A stretch of 64,000 nucleotides of DNA from NCBI GenBank assembly GCA_951406725.2, contig OX597814.1, positions 141,298,001 to 141,362,000 on the forward strand. The letters run 5' to 3'. The notes under the pieces were generated by a model, which was not told the DNA's origin, ran no database searches, and worked only from the letters and a program-made list of their open reading frames with translations. Origin of the DNA: Octopus vulgaris. Lineage: Eukaryota. This document shows, one piece after another, positions 14,260 through 28,474 of this stretch. Position numbers and translations under genes: made by a program. Position 1 is the first letter of the stretch. Each line of letters opens with the position of its first letter.

Positions 14260-14388
14260 TATATACATATATATATACATACATATATATTTATACACAC
14301 ACACACACACACACACATATATTTATACACACACACACACACACATATATATATGCATATATGTATATACATATATACATATATTTAT

Positions 14389-14434
<46 letters not shown>

Positions 14435-14844
14435 AGCTTACGAAACACATGCATTAAGTATACATGTGTTCGTGTGAATATATATATGTATGTGTGTGTA
14501 ATTATATACACACATACATATATACACATACATACATATAATTTATACATGCGTTTCGTAAGTTATCTAAACATATGTATAAAAAATAAAGAAAATAATG
14601 AAAATAGGGAAGGTTGTTGTAAGTGGAGATGCGAGATATTGTTTACTATATAAATAAATACACACACACACACACGCACTCACTCACTCACACACACACT
14701 CACTCACTCACTCACACACACACACACGCACACACACATACACACAAACACGCACACACATATATATATATATAAACAGACACAAACGTATAAATTACGT
14801 GTATATATATACAGATATACATACATATACAGTATCTCATTCTG

Positions 14845-14876
<32 letters not shown>
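14016..14876. repeat. long compound TA/CA/TCTA microsatellite tract
   Basis: Direct reading of the sequence. Confidence 0.9.
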
Positions 14877-14877
<1 letters not shown>

Positions 14878-14878
14878 G

Positions 14879-15582
14879 CAGCAAAATCAAGGAACGGCCA
14901 TAATAGGCCATTCACCCACTAGAAATAACAGCCAAGGCTTCAACCGCAAAACAACATTAATTCCGTAAACCAGGAGAAAATTAAAAAAACATTTACCCTG
15001 TAATTCTTTATACGATGCACCGTTTCGTCTATTGTTTAATGGTAAACTAACCTGATTAAATTAAATCAAGCTAGTCTTCCATAGGCCGATAGATTCATCA
15101 GTAAAGAACGGCCAGATCGGAGCAGATATTTACACGAGGCACTTCCACCACTGTCTCAGCAATATCTGACCTAAAATTTTCAAATCATCGCACTCGCGCC
15201 AAATTTATCGGCAGCAAATATAAGCCGCCGATTCCATTACGGAATTAACCAGAAAATTCATAATTAATCAATATAGGGTGGCAAAAAATTTCGCAGAATT
15301 TTTTGCCACCAGCGGTCTAGTGGGAAAAAATTAAATAGTCATAGACCATTTATAAATTCAACAGCAAAATCAAGGAACGGCCATAATAGGCCATTCACCC
15401 ACTAGAAATAACAGCCAAGGCTTCAACCGCAAAACAACATTAATTCCGTAAACCAGGAGAAAATTAAAAAAACATTTACCCTGTAATTCTTTATACGATG
15501 CACCGTTTCGTCTATTGTTTAATGGTAAACTAACCGCTGGTGGCAAAAAAATTCTGCGAAATTTTTTGCCACCCTATATTGA

Positions 15583-15587
<5 letters not shown>
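14879..15587 (-). mobile_element. non-coding hammerhead-bearing element: 483-bp monomer, 1.36 tandem units plus a 55-bp inverted cap, in (TA)n
   Basis: 14879-15052 is identical to 15362-15535 (period 483). 15533-15587 is the reverse complement of 15263-15316. Confidence 0.85.
15004..15108 (-). ncRNA. type I hammerhead ribozyme
   Basis: ttcttta-CTGATGA-atctat...atagac-GAAAC-ggtgcatc-GTA-taaagaa. 7-bp stem I, canonical core, near-palindromic stem III, GUA cleavage triplet. Confidence 0.85.
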
Positions 15588-15620
<33 letters not shown>

Positions 15621-16366
15621 TATACATATACATATACATATATGCATATATTGCATATATATATATACACATAGATATAGATATATATACGTATATGTGT
15701 GTGTGTGTGTGATATGAACATTCACACACGATTGTATAATGTGCGTGTATATATTTGCATATAATGTATTTGTGTGTTTGTGTATGTGGGTGTATTTATG
15801 TATTAAATTTTTTTTATCATTTCTTCAAATGCCTCCATTGTTTCAATTGTTTATTTTGCTAATTTTAGCTTTCCGTAACTGCTTTGAAGTTTTTAACAGA
15901 AATATTGAAATATTTCCGAATTTTCTCCAATCCTCAACATCACGTTTCAAAACAGAGTATATTTTTCTCTGCTGCATAAGGGAATGTTATCTAAATAGTA
16001 ATTTCTTTCCAACTATATTTGTAAGTAATGCTGAAATTGTATACACGTTATCTACTATATTACTCTATTATCGAAATCTTTTATCGGTCACTATTTATGG
16101 TTATATATTGTTTTGTTAGTTTATGATTTATTTTTAATGATTAAACAATGTCTTTTTCGGTTTTGTTCCTGATTTAAAACAATTTTTCAGTAGGTCTTTC
16201 CTGAGCATGAAAATACATCACATGATTTCCCGCATACGGCTTTTTTTAATGCTTTTTCTTTTTTACTTTGTATATTTTGATGTATTGGTGTTTGAAGTTA
16301 ATATTTTAACCATTATTCTATGAATTATCAATAGTAAAGCAAAGTTAGTCAAACTTGTAGTCAAGC

Positions 16367-16397
<31 letters not shown>

Positions 16398-16487
16398 TGT
16401 TGAAATTTACAGAAAAACAAAAGACGAAGACAGGTGTATAAACAACAAGCAGGTGTATTAGTTTGACGCTCGTGAAAATGAGAAAGT

Positions 16488-16523
16488 CTTTTACGTTTCG
16501 AGCCTTCGCTCTTCAACAGAAAG
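16488..16523 (-). ncRNA. minimal hammerhead-like motif (core CTGTTGA)
   Basis: cttt-CTGTTGA-a-gagc(gaag)gctc-GAAAC-GTA-aaag. Confidence 0.55.
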
Positions 16524-16880
16524 GAACACGATGAAATAAACAGAGAGAGAATATATTTCGTTCTGAAGTTTGATGGTTTAAGCAGTGACAGCCGAGGAAA
16601 GAGATGAAAAAGAAGGAGGGGAAGAAGAAGGAAGAAGCAGAGGAAGGACAAGAAAAAGTAGATGGAGAAAACGAAGAAGTAGTAGTAGTAGTAGAAGACG
16701 GGATTGGTATGACCCAGTAGTAGAAGCTGTCCGTGAAATCTAATGGTCAAGTGATCTAAAAGTGACCTGTTGTGGTTGTAGCAGTAGTAGTAGGAATTGT
16801 TCTAAATAAATTCATCGGTAGCGACTGTTCTTAATACATCTGTTGTTTTTAATATTTGCGTGGGTATTATTCTAGAATAA

Positions 16881-17098
16881 TTATGTTTGGCGGCGAGCTG
16901 GCAGAAACGTTAGCACGTCGGGCAAAATTCTTAGCGGTATTTTGTCTGCTACTACGTTCTGAATTCAAATTCTACTGAGGTCGACTTTGCGTTTCATCAT
17001 TTTGGAGTCGATAAATTAAGTATCAGTTGTATACTGAGGTCGATCTAATCGACTGGAGCCCCCCTCAAATTTCAGGCCTTGTGCCTATAGTAGAAAGG
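16881..17098 (+). mobile_element. SINE family A with 15-bp TSD
   Basis: TSD attattctagaataa at 16866-16880 and 17099-17113. Confidence 0.85.
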
Positions 17099-17369
17099 AT
17101 TATTCTAGAATAAAACGACAGATATATTAAGATCAGTCGCTAACGATGAATTTATTTAGAACAATTCCTACTACTACTGCTACAACCACAACAGGTCACT
17201 TGTAGGTCACTTGACCATTAAAGTTGATTGTACGGACAGTATCTACTTCTTTTTCTCCTCTTCCTTCTTCTTCTCCTTCTTCTTCTTCTTCTTCTTCTTC
17301 TTCTTCTCCTCCTTCTTCTTCTTCTTCTTCTTCTTCTTCTTCTTCTTCTTCTTCTTCTTCTTCTTCTTC

Positions 17370-18485
<1,116 letters not shown>

Positions 18486-21212
18486 CAATACTTATATACA
18501 AGTACACATACACACGCGGGCAGTGATTTAGAAGTCTTTATCGTTTACTTGAGACATAAAACTTACGTTTTCTTTTATCTTTGCTACTTTGTTCAGAGTA
18601 TCTTTTGATATGCAGACACAGTCACAAAAACACAAAAATACACACAAACACACACACGTATGTATGTATGTATGTATGTATGTATGTATGTATGTATGTA
18701 TGTATGTATGTATGTATGTATGTATGTATGTATGTATGTATGTATGTATGTATGTATGTGCGTTAGTGTGTAAGAACACTGTCAATATCAAAAGATGAAA
18801 TAGTATTTATTGGCAGTATATATAAGGAAATCATCTTCAATTGTCCAAGCATATCTAATATCGAGTTCAGCTGGCGGGGTGGTCCATATGACTGGCAGTA
18901 CGAACAGCAGGGAAGTAGAGCACTTCTGGAAACCCTGATCCAAAAGCTATCAACAGGGGATTGGAGTTGTTGAAGTATAATCAATGCCATGAGGGAGAGA
19001 GGGTGAAGGTTGTGGTGAGACGATCTCAATACTCAGTTGGTACTTATGTTATTGATCCCGAAAGGATGAATGGCAAAGTCGACCTTGGCGGAATTTCAAA
19101 TCAAAACGTAAAGACGGACGAAATGTTGCTAAACGTTTTGCCCGGCGGCGAATTTTTTTCCCACGAGAGTTCCGGACCTCAGGTTTGAATCATTTGCATA
19201 CATGCAATCAGAGCTCAACTATCAAACTAATTTATGAGCGCATAACAAGTGATGGGCGATTAAATAAAGTCACTTGGGTAAGAAATGACCATGCTTCTTT
19301 TCTATTTTAATAATGCTTGTTTACGTTCTGGTTTTAAATTCCGCCGAGGTCGACTTTGTCTTTCATCCTTTCGAGGTCGACAAATTAAGTACCAATTGGC
19401 CCTCTCCCCAAAAATTTCGGGCCTTTTGTCTAGAGTAGAAAAGAATAATGCTTGTTGTTTTTTTTTTTTTTTTTAACCATGGCTGCCTCTGCGTAGTTAT
19501 TTGTGTTGCTAGCACAATCACAAAAGTCTCTAAACTAGTTATTGGCGGCACAAATTAGAATATTCCAACATTTAACTGCAGTTATATTATACAGAAGTGT
19601 ACACATGTAGCTTAGTATAAGTAAAGAAAGTGAACAGGCGATAGCACCATTTGGGTTTCCCAAATATTGAACAAAGCGAAAATTGTAATCATCTATACTA
19701 TGTGGAAAGAAATGTAACTGTTAAAAAATATATTTCCTTGACAGTTACTGTGTTGCATTTTTTTTTTGCAGGTACAAGTATCATGCAACATAAAGCGAGG
19801 ACGACATAACTGTCAGTTGTGATGACTAATCCAGTTAGCTTTACAGCAGACGTCATAGAGAAAGAACGTAAAGAGCTGTCAATTCGTCAGTGACGTACAA
19901 GTTTTTGTGAACAAACAAATCGCGAGTGATTTAGCTAAAACTTCAGAAGTCCAGCAAGGAAGCAAAAACTTTTCACCGTATAATGAAGACTTATGGTCTT
20001 GTAGTTCTGAGGCCGGTTACTAAATTTTTAGCCATTGGATGGAAATAGCATCTTTGCACGATAATTGTTCAAAGCTGGTTGGAGAAAGTTCTAACACGAA
20101 TTAGGGCGTGCGTGCGTCCGACAGGCAGATATCTTGATTAAGGCATGACAAAAGTTTTGTTCTGAAAAGGATTTTGTATAAAGTGATTTACAGTACTCTC
20201 TGATTTGTCTCGGATTTCTCCAGGAAAATGATTTTTTTAAAGAATACGATCAGCTACTTTACAACATTTGAAAGCAGACAAGAATAAAGTGTGCCTAATG
20301 GCTGTCGTTGATTGGTTGAAAACTCTACCTGTAAGCGTGTCTTGAGAAGACTGGTGACAGTAATAATAATAATTATCAGAATGTTTGGTATTGTGATGAT
20401 GATGATGATGATGCAATAAATGAATAAACAAAAAGTATCACCGATCGCCCATCCATACCTTTATTTTGATATAAGATTGCCATCTCATTTAAAACTTGAT
20501 GACAAAGCAAATTTGAACAAAATTATGTTGTATCTAAGCATTAGGATAATTCAGAATCAACAATCAAATTTTAATAGCAACGAACACCAATTATTTGCAA
20601 TACCAAATTTATTTAGATAATTGACTTCATGTTTTCTAAAGATACGGATATGTTGACATTCTGTTTAAAAAGGAAATTGCCAAGAGTAGTGATGTTATAG
20701 AAAACTTTAGCAATTAGAGAAAATATTATTTGTGGCAGTGCGGTGGATAGATTTTCGGTATTACAACAAGTGTTACGAATATCTTACAACATAGCTGTTG
20801 TTAATTGTATTTATATTAAATAGCCTATTATATTTATTATATATCGGTAATTGAAAAGTCTCCAGCTTGTACGGCAACGGATATTTACGCTGAACGAAGG
20901 TTAAATCATAGAATATGTCTTGATCAGGTTTATGTTCGAAGACGTTAATGCGATTTGTGTATTGGATTATATCTATTACGAATTGAAGTACTGGACATAA
21001 ACCTCATCCGATGATAAAGTAGCCATACGATCATTAATACTGAATACTATCATAGATATCTTAATGTATAAGAGGTTCAAATTCTTGTTTATACCAAATA
21101 ATATTTCATTTGGTTTCTTATATGGGTAACGTTTATGTTTAAATATACGTGACATATGGTCTAGTGACTAGGGTGCTACACTTACAACCGCGAGATTGTG
21201 GTTTCAATTCAT

Positions 21213-23375
21213 GATGTGTGGTGTAGCATGGTGGTGCTGATGTGGTGTGTGGTGTGGTGGTGTTTGGGTGGCGGGAGGCGAGAGTGGAGAGAAGAAAGGG
21301 TGAGGTGTGGGTTGGGATGAGGGTGGAGTAGGGAAGGGGTATGTGGGGTGGGTGTGAGAAGGAGTGCAGTGTGTGGGAGTGGAATGTATGGGATGGGGTG
21401 GGGTGAGATGGGATGTATAGGGATGGTGGTGTAGGGGTGGGGTAACGATGGAGGGGTGAGAATGAAGAAAGAGGGTGAAAGGAGAAGGTGGATTGGAGTG
21501 AAGAGAGGAAGTAAGTGTCAGAGCAAGGGAGGAGAGGTGGGTGAGAGTGAAGGGAGGAAATAGGTGTGAGAGGAAGGGAGGAGAGAGGAGGGGTTAGATG
21601 AAGAGGGGAGTAAAGTTGAGCCCATGTGTCGTAAAGGAGCGAAGAGAGAAGATTAATTCCTGGTCACGGCGAAGACGGGAGTCCGGATGGCCCCTGTGCA
21701 AGGACAATTCGAACACAGACAGGTGTTGTAAAGAATGACTGGTAGAGCAGAAATGGCGCGAAACCGGAGTGTCGTTGCCGAGTCTGATGTCTCGGACGTG
21801 TTCCGCGAACCGGTCAGCCAAGCGGCATCCCGTTTGACCGATGTACAGAGAAGGACAGCGAGAGTAGGAGATGCAGTAGATGACGTTGCTAGAAGTGCAG
21901 GTGAAGAAGTCAGTGATATGATAGGGTCCATGATGGGTGTCGGTGAGGATGGTGGTGTTGGAAATGTAAGGGCAAGTGTAGCAGCGTGGGCGGGAGCAGG
22001 GGAACGAGCCGAGTTAGGAGGTTGGTTTAGGGAAAAAACTGTGGACTATGAGATCACGTAGGTTGTGGGCTCATTTGAAGGAGGGGGTCGGTTGGGGAAG
22101 ATGTGCGAAGTGGAGAAGTCGAACTGGAGTCGCCGGAAGGCTCGGAGAAGGGTGGGTTGGAGAGTTAGGGTGGAGGGGTGGTAGGCGAGGGGAAATGGGG
22201 ACGGGTGACGGCGTGGCGGGTGCGGATGGAGAGAGCAGATGCACGGGCCACGGAACGTGCTCTGGCAAGGAGGTGTGGATAGTGGTGAGGGGATATCCAC
22301 ATAGGATGAAGTGGCGAGCCATGAGTTGAGACTGAATCACAAAGTTATAGATGTCACTGTAGAGCCTGCGCAGACGGAGGAATTGAGAATAGGGGATGGA
22401 GAGCTTGGTATGTTTAAGGTGGAAGGAGGAGAAGTTGAAGTATGAGTATGAGTATGTGTGTTTGTAGTGGATGGTGTTGAGGGTGGAGTGATGAATGCTG
22501 ACCGCAATGTTGAGAAAGGTGACGGAAGTGTCGGAAATATTGCAGGAGAAGTGGCGGGCAGGATGGAAAGATTGGACAAAACAGAGGAAGGAGTCTAGTT
22601 GCTCGCGGGAGAGTGAGGTCGCACCGATACAATCGTCAATATAACGACCGTATAGTTCAGAAGTGGGACCAGTGAAACTGGAGAATATTTGGGTCTCAAC
22701 GTAGCCACGAACAGGTTCGCATAGTTGGGGGTCCATTCTCGTTCCCGTGGCCCTCCTGAGAAATGTTGGTAAAAATCACCCGCGAACGAGAAGCAGTTAA
22801 GAGAGAGAACAAGTTCGGCTAGACGAAGAAATGTGGATGTGTAAGGTTGTGGGGTTGGGTAGGAGGTCCAGGTAGTGTTGGAGTGCACGAAGACCCTCGT
22901 GGTGAGGGATCACCATGTATAGACTCTTGATGTCAAGAGTGAACAGAAGTTTAGAGGCGTCAGGAGAGAAAAAGAAAGAGTTGAACAAACGAAGAGCATG
23001 GTTGGTGTCATGGATGTGAGAGGGGAGGGAAGCCACTAAGGGGGCAAAGACACGGTTAAGATATCTGGAGATAAATTCGATTGGGCAGTTGCAGGTGGAG
23101 ACGGTGGGGCGGCCAGGGTTGTTAGGTTTGTGGATTTTTGGGGAGGAAGTAAATTGTGGTGAGAGGAGTGTGGCCAATGAGGATAGAGGCGGTGAGGGGA
23201 GACAGGAGGTTATGGATAGTGGAGGACACCGTCTGTTGGTAGCCGGGCGTGGGGTTGGAGGGCAGAGGGCAGTAGACGGAGGGTTCTTGAAGTTGGCAGA
23301 GAGCTTCGGCCTTGTAGAGGTCCGCGCGCCACACCACCACGGCTTCACCATTGTAGGCCGGTTTTATGATGATGT
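21213..23375 (-). mobile_element. Neptune-type Penelope-like element, frameshifted (RT + GIY-YIG + low-complexity 3' UTR)
   Basis: VVWRADLYKAEA, PKIHKPNNPGRPTVS, LFTLDIKSLY, YGRYIDDCIG, SIPYSQFLRLRR, C-x-R-x-x-CYTC, NVIYCIS..LYIGQTG.RLADRFAEH, spread across several frames; stop at 21594. Confidence 0.9.
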
Positions 23376-24409
23376 CTTATGCCAACACCGGTTGTCAAGC
23401 GGTGGTAGGAAACAAACAAAGAAACAAAGACATACACATACACACAAACACAAAAACACATACACACAAACACAAAAACACATACACACGAACACACAAC
23501 GGGCTTTTTCAGTTTCCGTCTACCAAAAGACTTATATACATACATATGTTTGTGTGTGTGTGTGTGTACACGCATATGCACGCGTGCGCACAGACATACT
23601 CGCGCGCACATATATATACATATATATTCCTCCTTTGTAACGTGCATTTTCCCGTACTACAAATCTGAATGAGGGAGTGATAGAGATAGGGGAGAAAAAG
23701 AGAAGGAGGGAGTGAAAGGGGGACAAAGCGATGAAACGACTTAGTGATAGAATACGAATCTAAGAATTCACGGTGGCTTATTGTGACGACTTGCAAATAG
23801 CCACGCAATAATTCACAAGGTGGGTTTTAAGCGGTTGGCTAACCGTCTAAATATACATTAGTACATTAGGCAATTTAGTTCTAAATATACAAATCATAAA
23901 AACAATGGTTATGACTGCGACGCCTTTCAGAATAGGCTTGTTCGACAAAGGCTGATTGGGGGGGGGGGGACCCAAATAGCAATAGAAGAGACATGGTTTA
24001 TTTATTGATACCACATTTCATTACGTCACTACTAGCTACTGATATGTAGTTTAACCAGTCTTGATGACATCTGCTTGGTTAGCAAGTTCTTCTCTCATCC
24101 GATGAGCCGTCTGAAATGTAGTATCCTCTCAGTCACTTCTAATTCTGCTATAACGTACCCTTCTCTTTGGAACTAGCAAGATGTTTGTTACCCTTACCCA
24201 AGCTCTCAATCAATTCAAATTCTTTCTTTCTTTGAGCAGCTCACACTGCTATAGTTTAGAATTTCTACAATCTACTCAGATTTCTCTTATAGGCATAAAC
24301 TTGCAGAAATCCGTGAATTTTATGTATCATGTTCCTTTTCGTTTCCTCGGAGTAAATATTGGATCCATTTGTTTTTTGTTTTCTCGAAATATGCCACTGG
24401 GCTGGCATT

Positions 24410-24595
24410 TTAAGGGAGGGGGAAGTCGGTTACATCAACCCCAGTACTTAACTGGTACTTTATTTTATGGACATCTAAAAGATGAAAGGCAAAGTTGACC
24501 TCGGCGGTTTTTGAACTCGGAACGTAAAGAACAAAGGAAAATGCCTGTAAGTATTTTGCCTCATGCATTAACGACTCTACCAGCTCGTCGTCTTC
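24410..24595 (-). mobile_element. SINE family A (diverged)
   Basis: gatgaaaggcaaagttgacctcggcgg...ccagctcgtcg. Confidence 0.65.
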
Positions 24596-24985
24596 CTGCC
24601 GAGTAAATAATTACTCAAGTGTCTAGGTTATTGTCGATGTATTATTGCGTGGTCAGTCTTAATTTAAAAACTGGCCATTGAAAGCGTGGGAGTAGCTTTA
24701 TTCATTGACGTCATGCTTTAGTCAAAATTCTTGTGTAGTTCACTCATTGATTTAACGTTTGATTTGAGATTATCGACGTGCCTTCTGGTTATTGGTGAAA
24801 CCTCTTTCAGTCATTGATGACGTATGATATTTTTATTTGTTTGTTACATTTTGCTTGTTGACGTTGCTCTATCAGTATTGTTATTTTGCTTATTTGTCAA
24901 AAGTGAAAAAAACAACACAAAAAAAATAAAACGGGGAAACTGGATTTTGTATTAAAGTAATTCAATGACTGTAACCTACTATGAA

Positions 24986-25253
24986 TAGTGGAGGCGCGTG
25001 GCTTCGTGGTTAGGGTGTCAGCATCATGATCATAAGATTGTGGTTTCGATTCCTGGACCGGGCGATGCCTTGTGTTCTTTAGCAAAACACATCCTTTCAC
25101 GTTGCTCCAGTCCACTCAGCTGGCGAAAATGTGTAACGCTGCGATGGACTGGCGTCCCGTCCAGCTAGGGAACACATACGCCATTGAAACCGGGAAACCG
25201 GGCCCATCAGCCTGGCTAGGCTTTAAAAGGGCGCATTTATTTATTTATTTATT
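24986..25253 (+). mobile_element. full-length SINE family C with (ATTT)n tail and TSD
   Basis: tRNA-like A/B boxes, gcgatggactggcgtcccgtccag domain, TSD taacctact(a/c)tgaa. Confidence 0.85.
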
Positions 25254-25781
25254 TAACCTACTCTGAAATTAGTAAGTATTAGGCCTTGAACCTCCAAGTC
25301 AATTTTAAGAGGCATCATAAATATCTTATAATTGCACACAAATACACAGTATATATATAGATATATAATGAAATATTATACAATATAATATATGGCGTGG
25401 ATGTGTGATAAGAAGCTTGCTTCCCAATCAGTCCCACAGCGTGGCACCTTGGGCAAGTATCTTCTACCATAGCCTAGGGCCTTTTAAAACCTTGCGAGTG
25501 GATTTGTTAGACTGAAACTAAACGATGCCTGTCGTATATCTATGCGTATATATTTGTGTTCTAACAACAGATAGACAAAAGTAACAAAGCTGATCATGTG
25601 ATTTGTTTCATAATCTGAAGTATTTATAAGAGAGTCTCTTAAGAATATCGTCGTCGTCAGCGTCGACTCATATCTGAATAGTAGATCTGTATCCAGTGAT
25701 TGAACTTCTTCATCTTAGTGGATGCGGAGGGTGCCGGTATCTAAGCTGGCTGTTCAGGCAAAGGGCGGTATAGAAGAACCG

Positions 25782-26015
25782 AAAGGCGGCGAGCTGGCAG
25801 AAACGTTAGCACGCCGGGCGAAATGCGTAGCCGTATTTCGTCTGCCGTTACGTTCTGAGTTCAACTTCCGCCGAGGTCGACTTTGCTTTTCATCCTTTCG
25901 GGGTCGATTAAATAAGTACCAGTTATGCACTGGTGTCGATGTAATCGACTTAATCCGTTTGTCTGTCCTTGTTTGTCCCCTCTGTGTTTAGCCCCTTGTG
26001 GGTAGTAAAGAAATA
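25782..26015 (+). mobile_element. full-length SINE family A with 15-bp TSD
   Basis: TSD ggtatagaagaaccg at 25767-25781 and 26016-26030. Nin/Deu-like gtcgactttgcttttcatcctttcggggtcgattaaataagtaccag. Confidence 0.9.
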
Positions 26016-26879
26016 GGTATAGAAGAACCGGGTACATATATCGCAGAGGAGAGTTGGTGAGTGACGAAGAAATGCTAGTCGTTCTTTACGTTTTCGGCAT
26101 CTGGTCTCTGCCTCTTGACTTCTATTATTTCCCATCGGGTCTGTTACCTTGACGATGACATAATCAGCTAGTTTGTGGAGAAAAGTAAGGGTTAAAACAT
26201 TGTTGCTTTATCATTGGCATACGAAAAATGAATAAGCGAGAACTAGGGATCGAAACCCGGAGTATAGAATCAGTTCACCGAGATCTTGGTTGCTAGGTTA
26301 CGGTGACAGATGGTTTAACTTAAGGCGGCAAGTTGTTAGACTCAGTCTTGGTGAGTAACAGAAAGAAAATACCTGTCTGAGACTGACTACTATAGACTGC
26401 ATGATATAAAACTTACTCCTCTTCCCCATCGCTCAAAAGTAACAAAGGGCTTTCACTAGGAAATTAATAATAGCATTCATATGCAAATGTTGCGCACAGT
26501 TGTAAGGAAAATCATATCACGGGACAGTTGAGATTTATTATTTTGTATTTCAACGTGATGCATTTGATACTGCGGTCATGACCTGCTTACAATTCAATGA
26601 TTAAGAACTAGCATTCGATCCGCTAGAGAGATTTTATAGTTTAAAAGTTGTTCTTTTTTATTAGCATGGAAAGTTGATTACAAATAGCAATAAAAATAAC
26701 AGTTTCGGCAGCAACAAGAGATTTGTTTCATGCGATTAAACACATGAATCTTAGGCGTCATCACTGAAATATGTACTATTAAACATAAAATCTCTATATT
26801 GTTATGTTATTTTGTTTCTAATGACTATTTTATTAATGTCTATTAATAGCATTAAAAAGCCGGATTACTTTCTGACCTT

Positions 26880-27420
26880 CATCCTACCCCGTATGTACTA
26901 TTAACGTGTAAATCACGAATTTTAGGCACCTCTTGGGATACAAATATGTAATAATTTATCTGCAAACTCACCTTCGTTCTCCAAGCCCTAAATTCCAACT
27001 TTAGAAATACATCATGTTTATTCCCGTAGAACCCACTATCAGTATTACTACCATCTCTTATCTGGATATCAAAATTGCTTTGACTAAAAATCTCAGAGTT
27101 CATTTGCTGTCTTTATCGCTCTCCAAAATCTCCAGCGATCAGCGTCTAACTGCCTGCTGTCCTGTATTGAGGACGACTCCCTTTAACGCTTTCGAAGTAA
27201 TCGTTCTCAGCGACTTCAGATTACACAGCATCCCTTCTTGGCTTCTCCTACTGTCCATCCACCTTGTCTTTGATAATACAAGGGCAGTATATTTTATTTT
27301 TTAAACTGTTTCCACATATTACTATTTTCACCTTCTGTATCCCTTATTATCACACTGACTCACTTGACCTCCTTCATATTTCCAAACTAATCTTTAACTC
27401 AACTGCCATCGCATAATTAC
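26880..27420 (+). pseudogene. possible very degenerate PLE RT fragment
   Basis: TISITTISYLDIKI resembles NISDTSVTFLNIAV of the 22071-22736 PLE; C/T-rich downstream. Confidence 0.3.
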
Positions 27421-27561
27421 TTCATATTGAAGGCAAATCACCTCACATGGCAGTACGTGCTCGAATCAATTGCTACTTCCGAGCAATTTACAAGTCGGAG
27501 CTCAGTCAAATCTATACCAATTGCGGCAGTAGCGAATATGTTCGCATCTTACTCATCCAGT

Positions 27562-28175
27562 AAGGTGGACGTTTTTTTAAAAGGTGGACGTTTTTTTAAA
27601 AATTCACAAAATCATTAATTTTAGCTGCAAACAAATTTTATTGACATCATTGTGTTTGTATAGAATTAGCATTTGTCAAAATCAAGTGTGGAAAACAACA
27701 TCCATCATGTGGTGTCTGTTTTCATTTGTGCATTTCTGAAGGTGTTCTTGGAAGTTGTTCTACACTCTCTCCAGCATTGATCTGTCGATTTGGGCGATTT
27801 CAACGCGATTAGCTTCCTTCAAATCGTCCAATGTACGGGGCTTATGCGCATACACACATGCCTTGAGGTTTACCCACATGAAACGGGGGCAAATCAGGGG
27901 ACCGACGGGGCCAAGGAATGTCAGCAAACCTGGAAATGAGGCGGTCACCGAAGAGATGGCGAAGAACGTCCATTGATGCTCTGGCTGTGTGGGTACGTCG
28001 AATAGCCATACGTTTTCATCGTAATTCAGGCACAAAGAAGTTGTTCATTATCTCGCTGTAACGCACGGATTTCACAGTAACAGCATTTCCATTATTGTCT
28101 TTAAAAAGTAAGGACCAATGACGGCAGGTTTTCTAGCAGCACAACAGACCGTCACTTTTGGGCCGTGCAGTCGTC
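27562..28175 (-). mobile_element. Tc1/mariner-superfamily transposase C-terminal relic
   Basis: GPKVTVCCA..IGPYFFKDNNGNAVTV, HTARASMDVLR, WPRRSPDL, FMWVNLKACVYAHKPRTLDDLKEA, with frameshifts. Confidence 0.8.
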
Positions 28176-28337
28176 CATCTATCCATCTACAATCGCGCAC
28201 GCGCACGCACACACAGTACACCACCCCTCTACACACACACATACACACAAGTAGGAAAAAGAAATGACAAAAGAGAAAGATGGTTATGATATGAACTTCC
28301 GTTGCTTATAGTTGTTTCTGCTATACGATGCAGCGGA

Positions 28338-28418
28338 CCCATAGTTGAGTACCTGAATAACATTTTATAGCTTCATAGGTACTCATAGTTGAGTACATGA
28401 ATAACAATCTATAGCTTC
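28338..28418. repeat. ~44-bp tandem duplication
   Basis: catagttgagtac(c/a)tgaataaca...tatagcttcat occurs twice. Confidence 0.75.
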
Positions 28419-28474
28419 ATGTATGTATATATATGTATGTATATATGTATGTGTATATGTATGTATATGTATGT

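Larger units (their letters stand above)
16398..17250. mobile_element. PLE-type non-autonomous insertion: minus-strand pLTR plus inverted partial copy
   Basis: Hammerhead-like motif at 16488-16523 (-). ~16720-16850 is an imperfect inverted repeat of 17113-17250. Left flank is (TACA)n. Confidence 0.6.

Noticed and set aside
21213-21593. G-rich tract suggesting G-quadruplex or telomere-like repeats
   Set aside because: Explained as the low-complexity 3' UTR of the adjacent minus-strand PLE; no regular telomeric unit.
23980-24380. Possible degenerate LINE fragment on the minus strand
   Set aside because: Too decayed to support a call by eye.
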